Source: Gekko japonicus
Lineage: Eukaryota
Length of the DNA: 64,000 nucleotides
Assembly (NCBI RefSeq): GCF_001447785.1
Contig: NW_015160230.1
Coordinates: 256,700 to 320,699 of the forward strand
Reading direction: 5' to 3'
The notes beneath the pieces are model-generated. The model was not told the origin of the DNA. It was given only the letters and a program-made list of their open reading frames with translations, and did not search any database. Positions 11,600-23,500 of this stretch are shown in pieces. Made by a program: the position numbers and the translations under genes. Position 1 is the stretch's first letter. Each line of letters starts with the position of its first letter.

Positions 11600-14500
11600 G
11601 TAAGTACTTGGCTTGGGGAATGGGGGTCCTGGGCAGAGAGCCAAAACCAAAAGCCACGAAGTATCTTTCATTAAGAGCAACCAAAATAACACAGCACAAA
11701 TGTGCAAGCTTTTGAGTTCTCCAAAACTCTTCAGCAAACTAGATGTTAACAAAATAAATAAAAGGAGTAGGAGGGGGAGGGGAAAAAAGGTCTTTCAGGC
11801 TATGATTTTCAGGACTGGGCACAGGGTATGCCTGGCTGGCNNNNNNNNNNNNNNNNNNNNNNNNNNNNNNNNNNNNNNNNNNNNNNNNNNNNNNNNNNNN
11901 NNNNNNNNNNNNNNNNNNNNNNNNNNNNNNNNNNNNNNNNNNNNNNNNNNNNNNNNNNNNNNNNNNNNNNNNNNNNNNNNNNNNNATAATAGCCAATAGT
12001 TGACCAATAACTCTCTGATGCGAGACAGAATGCACAAGTCATTTAAAAGGGAATAGTCCTTATAGTAGCAATACCACAGATTCATTTTAGTTGATGCATT
12101 AAATAAAGAATTAGTATAAACCAAGCTGTTACTTGGTATTGACTGGTTAAGTTTTCAAGGTTCTTTTTCCTTCAAAGGTATTATTTTGTCATTTCCCAGA
12201 AATCTTCCCAGAACTCTGGACTCTAGAAACTCAGGATAGTTCTACTACCACTACTGCTACTTTTTCTAGTATCTATACTTATTTTAAAGTAATTTTAAAA
12301 ATGCAGACACATAGCTAAGGCATAATAAAACACACAGTGGGTCAAAAAGATAACTAGATTAGAAGAAGATTTCTGGTTACATTTTACTGATTCTGCTACT
12401 GGCCTTGCAAATATGCCCCCCCCCCCTCACTTCACTTGCAACTGCAGAGATTCTCTGGGACATTCTGCTGTGCTTGTATTACCTTGCTATTTCCCCATTG
12501 GAAACAATGGAGGATGGAGACACCCTCTTTGGGTGCCCATAGAATTGGACCCCCTTGTCCAATCTTTTTGAAACATGGGGGTCCTTTTGGGGAGAGGCTC
12601 CAGCAGCTACACTGCAAATTTGGTACCTCTACCTCAAACCTCCTTCCCCCCAACCCACTAAATATACCCTAGGAGATTTGCCATTGAATATAATGGCCCC
12701 ATAGGGCATAATGGAGCAGAATATACCGAATATTTGCCAAATCCGAATACAATGCTGATACTGGTATTCGAGAATATTCAGGAATGNNNNNNNNNNNGGA
12801 ATGCCAAATAAATTTGACTCTTTTATACCTGAATCTGGGGAAAAAACATTTTTTTCACTTGCACACTGTGAGAAAACAGTTTAAACATTCAGATATAATT
12901 CTGTTTGAATTTGAACCATTCTGGTAGCACACAATAAATTTAAAGGATCCTGGAAAATCCTGATTAAGGAGTCTCACCTGGTATCACCTATAATCATTGT
13001 CAAAATAAGTAGCTTTCCTCTAGAGTCTGTAAATGACCAGTTGAGTCTTCTAAACAATTACTATTTTACAGTGAACCCACAGCTGTAATTAGTATTTGTT
13101 TAATGAAACTGAAAGGTGAAAGATCTGAAGAGTCTCTGTGTATTGTTTCCAATGACTAGAGCCAACTCCTGGAAATGTGGGGGCAGTACCTGAGAAAGGT
13201 GGAGTTTGGGGAGAGGTGGGAGTTCAGCGGGGTTTGTGATGCCATGGAGTCCACCCTCTGAAGTTGTGCTTTCCTCTAGAGGAAGTGATCCCTGTAGTCT
13301 GGACACCATTTGTAATTCCAGAAGAATACCAGGGACCTTGAGGTTAGTGACTATACCATGGACAGGACACAATGTCCGGGTCAGGTATAGGCTGCTGGTG
13401 AGAGGCCTTCCTGATGCTTCCACTTCAGAGCACCTAGCAGAATTGTACTGTGCTGCTCTGAACGTTCTAAAGGGGAAATATTCCCTCCTGTGGCTGTGAC
13501 AGTGTCCACTCTTCCCATTTTTTGCTAAATAAAGGGCATATTCCTCTACAGTTGGGATCACCAAAGTTAGGTACCTGACTGGGCTTTTGTACCAGCCTCA
13601 TTCACTCTGCTTCCTTCAACAGACAGAATTGAACTAGATGAACCATTCATCATTTCTGGAAAACAGTTCTTCATCTGCTCAGACTTTGGTTGTAATGTTT
13701 AACCAATACAACCCAAGAACTCTCAGCAGAACTCCCTAATACTGAGATTTCAAACAAAAAACAACTTCTCCAGTGTCTTCTGTTTCACTGAGGGTGTATG
13801 CCAGAGGATGCTGGCATTTCCAGTGTATGCCAGAGGATGCTGAGATAGCCACGAGCATAGATGGATTTAAAAGGGGATTAGACAGATGAGTGGAGGATGG
13901 GTCCATCAGTGGCTACTAGCCATAGTGACTAAAGGGAACCACTGATTGATTTGTTATTTACTAACCCACTTCCCTATAATCTGTTTGAGTGTCATTTAGC
14001 AGTTATTTCATTCAACCCCTTTATATTATTAATTAATTAATATCCCACCCTACCCCACAAGTGGGCTCAGGGCAGCTTATAACATAAAACCATCAAACAG
14101 TAAAAACAATAAAACAATAAATGGCAGCAACAGATGTCAGGCAAAGAATAGCAGGTACCACAAGAAGCGGCAAGCGTGGCCCTGGCGCGGGCTCCCCTCT
14201 TCATGTGCCCGCTCTGCCGGTGCCTTTCCCCGCCGGCCATGGGGCGCTGGTGAGGGGTCGGGCAGGACGGAAGGGCGNNNNNNNNNNNNNNNNNNNNNNN
14301 NNNNNNNNNNNNNNNNNNNNNNNNNNNNNNNNNNNNNNNNNNNNNNNNNNNNNNNNNNNNNNNNNNNNNNNNNNNNNNNNNNNNNNNNNNNNNNNNNNNN
14401 NNNNNNNNNNNNNNNNNNNNNNNNNNNNNNNNNNNNNNNNNNNNNNNNNNNNNNNNNNNNNNNNNNNNNNNNNNNNNNNNNNNNNNNNNNNNNNNNNNNN

Positions 14501-17500
14501 NNNNNNNNNNNNNNNNNNNNNNNNNNNNNNNNNNNNNNNNNNNNNNNNNNNNNNNNNNNNNNNNNNNNNNNNNNNNNNNNNNNNNNNNNNNNNNNNNNNN
14601 ACCTNNNNNNNNNNNNNNNNNNNNNNNNNNNNNNNNNNNNNNNNNNNNNNNNNNNNNNNNNNNNNNNNNNNNNNNNNNNNNNNNNNNNNNNNNNNNNNNN
14701 NNNNNNNNNNNNNNNNNNNNNNNNNNNNNNNNNNNNNNNNNNNNNNNTCCCCTCTTTCTTTCCTTCTTTTCTTCCTTCTTTCCTTCTCTTTCTTTCCCTC
14801 TTTCCTTCCTTCCTTCTTTCTTTCTTTCTTTCTCTCTACTCTCTCTCTTTCCTTCCCTCTTTTCCTCCTACTGTGGCCCAACTGTAGTGAGAAGGGGTTT
14901 AAACTTTAAACCCCTTCTCTCTTCGCTCCCCCACCAGACCAGCTGGGGAAGGGAAGGGGAGGCTTTTGAAGATGCTCCCCCCCTTTTGCTTCCAGTGATG
15001 TCAGGGGGTGTGGCATATGCTAATAGCCTAGTAGTTCATTAGCATACCATATGCTAATGAGCTCCTGCAGCTCTTTTTCTATGAAATGACCCCTGATACC
15101 TGCACAATGTTTGTCTGAGCTACAAACTGAGCTGTGGACTTAGCTACTTTGCAGGGATAGCAGCAGAAACATTTGTGGCTGTTTCACGTGGAGATGATTC
15201 CTTGTGATGCACTCACTGACACTGCAAATATAGCTGCCTTTGCAGCAATGGAACACACATATGGAAGGAACCTCCATGTTTTTCCTAGGTCTCCCATTGT
15301 GCCTGCCACCCCCCCACTCCCGGACCACACAACTAAAAAGAGGTTCTTCCTCTCCAGGGATGTTCCTCCACTTTGGGAAGCTGCCATACAAATAGGCCAT
15401 GCCTCTTTCACCCTTCTAGTAGTGCAGGCTGGGGCTGGGGGTTGTTTTCCAGTATTTTCCTCTCTCCTATGTTATAGGAATACTATTAAATTAACAGCAC
15501 CCAGAGTGGAACTTCCTCCAGGGGAAAACAGTCCTTACAGTTTTTGGAATTAGGGAACCTCATTTCCTATTTTGCCGTTTTCCCATGGAAAGCACATTTG
15601 CTAGCGAAGGGCATTATCCCATTATAAGTAGCTACTTGGATGAGATCACATAGCCCACCCCCCTTTCCTGGCCTTGCCTACACTTTAATCCTCCCTTGTT
15701 CCATCCTTATTGTTAGACTAGTACAAAGGACCCAGCCAGCCAAGGCCTCTTTGTCCCCAGCCAAGGGTCGTTGGAGCCTCCAATCTGCTCTGCACTTGTC
15801 ACATTTCTTACTCTGTGTGTGTGTGTGTATGTGTGTGTGTGTGTGTGTTAAGCCAAGTGCTGACAGCCTGTAATGAATCAGCTCAGGGGAGCAATACACA
15901 GTGGGGTCACCAGGGAGTGTAACGCCTGTGTTGCTCAGATGGGAACCACGTTTGGCAGCCCAGATAAGCAGCAGTGGTTGATAAGCCTAGCATTCTCCAC
16001 CAGCTGCAGATTTGTCTGCCCCAGTAACCCCGCACATCAGTAGTTTGGAAGTCCAGTTGGGCTCTGAAGAGAGAGAGTTTCTTCTATGTGGCTTATAACC
16101 AGTTTAGAACAATGCTGCAAACATCTAAGCTTTGGGAATATCCTAAATGTATTTATTTACTTCATTTATATCCCACTTTTCTCCCCAGTGGGGACCCAAA
16201 GTGGCTTATGTCATTCTCCCCAGCTCCTTTTTATCCTCATAACAGCCCTGAGAGGCCCCCCCCCTTCTATCCCCAGAACAGCTGAGAGTGTGTGACTGGC
16301 CCAAGGTAGGGTTGCCAGCTGGGGAAATTGGGTGGTGGTGGTGTTGGAGACTGGGGAAAGCCACAGTACATGATGCCATGATGTCACTTGCAGGTGAGTA
16401 CATGAAAGCAGCTTCACAGCATTGCACAACATCATTTTTGCTCCTGTTGTTCCACTGAATGAGGGCAGATGCCAGAGCATGGGGGTGGGAAGTTGCCTTC
16501 TGTGGTGGAAAGTCTAGTAACCCTAACCCATGGTCACCCAGCAAGCTTCCATGACAGATTGGGGATTCGAATTTGGGTCTCCCAGACTTGCCAGACTTGG
16601 CTCTCTGAGTGACAGGCAGGAACAGTTGCCTTTTTCCTGGTGAGACATTTCCTGCTCAGGAATAGATGGGAGTTACAAAAAAATAATAATTTGTGAGTGT
16701 TTGTGTGTGTGTATGTGTGCCTGGAAATCATGGTTGACTTCTGGCAACTCCTAATGGGGCTTGGACATTTCAGAGAGGTGGCTTGGTATTGCCTGCCTTC
16801 ACGTCTCAGCCCTGGTATTCCTTGGAGGTCTTCCATCCAAGTACTTACCAGGGTCGGCCCTGCTTAGTTTCTGAGATCTGATGAGATCGGGCTTGCCTGG
16901 GCTATCCAGGTCAAGGCAGGAATTATAAAATTGATTTGTGCAGGGTTGATGGAAAATTCTGAGCGAGATTCTGTGTTCTAAAGGAAAATGTGAATGAGAT
17001 ATGATACTGACACCCAGTTTCAATTACAGTGCTTTTTGAACATGTGAATACAGCTAATTTAATATGGAATGTCAAGGGCAGTCATATTTGAATACCCTAG
17101 AAATGGGGCCATTTAATTTGAATATCTGACATTTTCAGGTTCCTGTGAAGTGATGTTTCTCTTAAAGATGTGTGTCACTGGCCACTGACTGTGGATATAG
17201 TATTCATGGCGTCTTGCACTAAAAATTAGTATATGTAAAAGCCTACCTAATATGTTACATTGCCATTATTCCCCCCGCCCTACAATGTGTCCACCTTGAG
17301 CCTATCTACCTGAGAGGTGATATGATAACCATCTTCAAGTACTTGAAGGGCTGTCATATAGATGGTGTGGAGTTGTTTTCTGTTGCCCCAGAAGTTTGGA
17401 CCAGAACCAATGGCTTGAAATTAAATCAAAAGAGTTTTCTACTAAACATTAAGAAGAACTAGAGCAGTTCCTCAGTGGAACGGGCTTCCTCAGGAGGTGA

Positions 17501-20500
17501 TGGCCAACTGACAGCACTGCTGATTCTGTGAACTTGGGCAATCACGAAAAGGTAGGGCAGGAAGGGTTGCATCAGTGCTTAGTTCTTGTGGCCCTTTCTT
17601 ACATGCCCAGGGAAATGCTAATCACCACTTTGGGATCAGGAAGCCATTTTTCTCTTGGCCAGTTTGGCCAGGGATCCTGGAGGGTTGTGTTGTCCCCCCC
17701 CCTTCTGGGCATAGAACAGGGGTCACTGGGGGTAGGGGGGAGATATTTGTGAATTTCCTGCATTGTGCAGGGGGTTGGACTAGATGACCCTGGAGATCCC
17801 TTCCAGCTTCTAGCAGAATTACACTATGACTGCAGGGGATGAATTTGTATTGGTACCACAGAGTACAGAGGGAGAAGGCTTAAACCTTCCCCTCTGCACT
17901 ATTTATCTAACCAGAAATGGCCTTTGGGAGCCACTGTTAGCCCTGCTGGGGAAAGTTATATGTTGGGGAAAAAATGCAGGGGAGAAGGCTTAAGCCCCTC
18001 CTCTTGCACACTGCAGTACCTATCTAAATTGGGCCTCTGTGTACCTGGGAGCTGTTTCAAGTATGCAACTCCCAATGCATGTCTGGCTGACAGGGGCAGA
18101 CATGGGAGGGGAGCACACAGGACAACGTGATATATAGTTAGGCCTTGACGGTGTGGAAGTGTAACTACTGAATAAGCCTAATGACACCCAGTGTGACTTC
18201 ATGCAGGCAGAAGCCTAAAAAGCAGTCTAAGGTTTGGTTCCAGAATCAAGGGAAATCATGGTTCAGTTAATTTAACTGTGGTTATTGTGAATATTCTAAC
18301 CATGCAGCACTCCACAACCTATTTAATCTGAAACCATATCTTGAACCTGGTTTATTAACCACAATTAATGTTAACCATGGTTTTGTATGATGTATGAACA
18401 CAGACATCCTGGCTTAATCCTATCTTGTTCCTTCCTTACCACAGTCCCAGTTGGGATACTATACAGGTTCTTGCAGGGTAGTGAGGGCAAGAGTGAAGGC
18501 AATGAGACTAGTATCTGTTAAGGCAACCTAGGATTTGGATGATCATCTGTGAAGGGAATCCTGGTGTTGCAAATGAACCACAGTTAACTATGGTTTCAAC
18601 ACTGTGTCTGAACTGACCCTCTCTTATGAATGCTGTTTCAGATAGGGTTGTCAGCTCCGGGTTGGGAAATACCTGGATATTTGGGGGTGGAGCCTGAAGA
18701 GGGTGTGGTTTAGGGAGGGGAGGGACTTTAATGGGGTATATTGCCACAGACTCCACTTTCCAAAGCGGCCATTTTCTCCAAGTGGACTGATTTCTGTCGC
18801 CTGGAGATCAGCTGTAATCCCAGGAGATCTCTAGCTACCACCTGGAGGCGGGCAACCCTAGTTTTAGAGCTGGGTCACAAGACCATATTTGGCTGTGGAT
18901 GGGTGAATTATAAATGCCACTGTGGTAGACCTGTGGCATTGGGACTGACCTGGGCAGGGCTATTTTTGGGCAGGAACGCACAGGAACGGAGTTCTGGCTG
19001 GCTCCCGAGTTGGCCACGCCCAGCAGGAACTCATTAGCATAATAGGCCACACCCAACAGCAGAAACTCATTAGGCCTGGCTACATTAGGGGTGTATGGCC
19101 TAACATGCAAGGAGTTCCTGCTACAAAAAAGGCCCTGGGTTTTGACAACAAACAAGGTAAACAGAATAAGAAGCAAAAGGTGGGTGTGGCTGAATGACCA
19201 CACTTCTGGTAACGTGGGGGTGTGGCCTAATAGGCGAATGAGCTGCTCTGTCAGGGGTGTGGCCTAATAGGCTAATGTGTTTCTGCTGTTGAGTGTGGCC
19301 TATTATGCTAATGAGTTCCTGCTGGGCTTTTTTTACAAAAAAAAGCCCTGGACCTGGGAGAATGAAATGTATGTGAAATCTGTGACCTAACCTTTGCTAT
19401 CTCACCCTGCAGGGCAGGTTTAGTGCCCTGTGTAAAGAATTTCCTGTGTTTCAGATGGAAGGCTAGGTCAAAACATTTTGTCTTAGGCATTCTAACAGAC
19501 AGGCAGATTTTATTTTGAGTAGGGTGCTTTCCCTCATGGATCACTGCCTTGATGTGGCGAGGGGGCTTGCGTGGTTTGATGAGGCTGTGGGCTATGCCGT
19601 GGAGGGCCACCCAGGACAGACAGGTCACAGCAGAGAACTCAGACTGTTAGATCGCACTAACAAAGGACTCTTAGAGTGATTCAGCAAGTGATTCAGCTTT
19701 ATTGGAAGTAACGAACAAGCACTCAACTCAGTAAGAAACCAGAACAGAAAACAGTGGGAGCTTATGCTCCTTTTAAACATACATGCGAAATGCTGGCCTG
19801 GATGAATCACAAGCGGGAATTAAGATTGCTGGGGAAAAGATCAACAACCTCAGATATGCAGACGATACCACTCTAATGGCAGAAAGTGAAGAGGATCTAA
19901 AGAGCTTCTTGCTCAGAGTGAAAGAGGAGAGCACAAAAGTGGGCTTGAAGCTCAACAGCAAAAAAACTAAGATCATGGCATCTGGCCCCATTATTCCTTG
20001 GCAAATAGAAGGGGAAGTCATGGAAGTAGTGACAGACTTCACATTCCTGGGATCCCAGATGAGCACAGACTGTTACAGCAGCCATGAAATTAAAAGATGC
20101 CTGCTCCTTGGGAGGAAAGCGATGGCGAACCTAAACAGCATGATAAAAAGTAGAAATATCAACCTGGAACAAAAGTCCGCATGGTCAAAGCAATGGTATT
20201 CCCAGTAGTCATGTATGGCTGCAAGAGTTGGACTATAATGAAGGCCGAGCGCTGAAGAATAGATTCTTTTGAGCTATGGTGCTGGAGAAGACTCTTGAGA
20301 GTCCCTTGGACTGCAAGGAGATCAAATCAGTCAATCCTAAAAGAAATCAACCCTGACTGTTCCCTGGAAGGCCAGATAATGAAACTGAAGCTCAAATACT
20401 TTGGCCACCAAATGAGAAGGGAGCACTCACTGGAGAAGACCCTGATGCTGGGAAAGATTGAAGATCAAAGAAGACGGGGATGGCAAAGGATGAGATGGTT

Positions 20501-23500
20501 AGACAGTGTCATAGATGCAACGAACATGAAATTGAGCCAACTTCAGAGGACGGCGGAAGACAGGAAGGCCTGGCGTGATCTGGTCCATGGGGTCGCGAAG
20601 AGTCGGACTCGACTGTGTGACTGAACAACAACAACAAGGGTGCTTTCAAATATAGATTCTCCCACCTGCATTTTGAAGTGGTACAGTCTAGGAATGACTT
20701 ATCACACTGATGTTTAAACTATCTCCCATGTGTGCGGAAATGGCCCATCCTGCTCTAACAGGAAATAGTTTACAAATTAGCTATCTCCTGCCATCTCCTC
20801 TCAACTCCTGGCAGTCAGTTCCATTCATTTCCTTTCAAATTTGGTTTATTAGCAGGGTGAAGGTACTGTATTCCCAAAATGCAAGGGTAGTCTCCCTAAG
20901 GAATTTGCCAGTAGAGAAAGAATGGGGTCACAGGACACCTGTAAATGGAGCCAGGTTTGTTTGTGAGACTTTTAATTCCTGTGTTCATTTTGCCATCACT
21001 TTCTGTTCCTAATCTGTAACCAAGTGGCTATTTAGCACAGTGCTAGCAATCAGCCTGCGTTTGCCCTACTACAGAACATTGTAGAAAGGAGAAAGAAAGG
21101 ATGCCCCAAAGCGTTGAAACCAACTGGGGAGACTTAACATGTCCAAGCCTGTAGCCCATCAACTTCCCCCCAGATTTATTCCCATCTCTTTGGACTAGAC
21201 AGTACAACAAGGAAATCTCCCATTCCATAATAATCCAGCCAGGGGCAAAAATGGCTTTGATATTTCACTGAAACCCATTTAAACAGCTAATCCCCATGGC
21301 CATTTTTAGTAGAGTGAATGTTCCTGAGCTAATTTTTTGTTTGGTGGTTTTGGCATTTGGTATTTTGAATTCTTTGGACTCATGTCAAATTGCCAGTCAG
21401 TCACACCTCCTGATTTAATGCCCGTTTCAAAGGATTTCCGGTGCAATCCACAACAGAATTTCACCCTTCTAAATCCTTTGTAGTCAGTGGGTTTAGAAGG
21501 ATATCAGTCTTTTGGATTACACTGACGGTCAGATCTCATCTTGGCAGCATTAACAGTTGGGGAGGGCCACACCCACTCTGAGTGGATTGTTTACTCTTAC
21601 TCATGTTTAGCCTGCTGGTATGTTCCCTGCCCAGTCCACCTGATGAGATGGGGGGATAGAGAATGGGTGGCCTGGTCCTACGGCAGATTATAAAACAAAA
21701 GCCACATTCACAATGTTCTTGGACAGGGTCTTCTGTTAGCCCAAAATGCCTTTTTTCATGCCTGGCAGATTAATAACTATGAGAGTGTCCACTGGTTGTA
21801 TCTTAGTCGGATCTTTTTCTGAATCTGCATATGTTTATCTGCTCTAATTCAACTAGAAAATGTTACTCCTGGCTTCCTAATTCCTAATCCTAATTTGGTT
21901 CCTGCCTTTCCTCTGTATATTCCTTGGGTCTGCTTATATGTTTATCTGCTCTAATTCAACTAAAAAATGTTACTCCTGGCTTCCTAATTCCCAATCCTAA
22001 TTTGGTTCCTCCCTTTCCTCTGTATATTCCTTGGGTCTGCTCAGACACTTGCTTTTCAGCTTGAGACCTTGGCTTGGCACTTCATAGTATAAATTCAGTT
22101 ATGTGCAAGTGGTTTTGAGTTTGTATTTTGGGGGGCAGTGATTGGATGCTCATGATTCAATGTAGATATCCCTCTTCCACCACACCAACCATTTGTAAAG
22201 CATGCAGTGGCATCTTGCTCATTGGTTTGTAAAGCCTGCTGGCTACGGTTCTCCACAGACAATGGTGGAATTGGTTTTGTGCACTCAGCCTCTGGAATTT
22301 CCCCTTGCTCTTATTCCTGTGCTGTGTTTACACACACAGCCACTCACTGCCAAAATTAATGAATGGAGTGTTGAGGTGGGGGAAGGGTGCCAGGATGAGT
22401 CACAGCTGAGCCAGCCCACTTAGGCACTCCTTTGTGTTAAGGAAGCAGCACACCTAATCACATAGGAATGCCTTTGTTAGGCTAGGCTTACTTGTTTGGA
22501 GAAATCTTGGGAACCTAGCAACAAACAGCTCAGAGCCAGAGCCACTTCACACATGATGAATTTCCTACATTTACAGTCCATGCAGGAAATTGTGTGAATC
22601 CCACATGTCACAACTACTGAATACGTATGGTTATTTGCTGCAATGCATGAACATATGATAGGAGGCCATACCTACGAGTGGCATGCCTCTGTGCGTACAT
22701 GATTGCAGAGGACAAACAAGTGTTTACATGGAATGTGTGGGTTGCAGCCCAGCCCAGCATGTCCTATAATGTAGTGCTGTATAGATCTGAAAGGAGAAAA
22801 TGCTTTTGTCTTTCTAGAGCCTTTTCGTGGGGGCATTAGCCACGGAGTTTATGCCTGGGCAGGAGATTCCCTCAATCATCTTAGCTGTGCTCCCATCTAC
22901 CACTTCTGCTGTGAATGTTTTGAAATTAATGGTTGGATCTTGGATAAGAGGACTCACCTCTCTTTTCTGTTGGGCAGGTTTGCCACTAAGGAACGGGATG
23001 GGCTGCTCCTGTACAATGGCCGTTTCAATGAACGCCACGACTTTGTTGCACTGGAGATCGTGCAGGAGCAAGTGCAGCTTACCTTCTCAGCAGGTATGGT
23101 TAAGCTCCAGCCGATGAACCCCCAAGCATTGCCTTAACTGCCCCCTCTCCTCTTCACTTTTGCCAAACCTCTTTTCCCTTCCCCTGGAGCCCTGCTTCTT
23201 ATTTCCTCAGCCTTACTTCTTCCACACCACTGCCTTATGCTGCCATTACCCTAGGACCACCATGTTGAGCTTAGATGCCATCTCTCCTTGGCTGTTGTGA
23301 GAAATGATGGCAGGATAATGATGGTGGTGATGATGATGATGATGATGATGATGTATTCCCTCCTCGAGATCCTTTCTCTGAGTTGTGACTCATCCTTTCC
23401 TCAGGAGAATCAACAAGCACAGTCTCCCCATTCATTCCAGGGGGTGTGAGTGATGGGCAGTGGCACACTGTCCACCTGCACTACTACAACAAGGTAAGAC

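Noticed and set aside
12781-12803. GGAATG direct repeat around a gap
   Set aside because: Most likely contig-end overlap at a scaffold gap.
14121-14909. 262-aa and 226-aa ORFs
   Set aside because: They are open only because they run through an N gap and a CT microsatellite.
16805-16917. 5S rRNA gene
   Set aside because: The 5' end diverges from 5S, it is fused to a SINE body and tail, and a second dispersed copy exists.
23402-23407. NAGNAG acceptors (CAGGAG here and at 50077-50082)
   Set aside because: Distal GAG acceptors are rarely used and there is no evidence from sequence alone.
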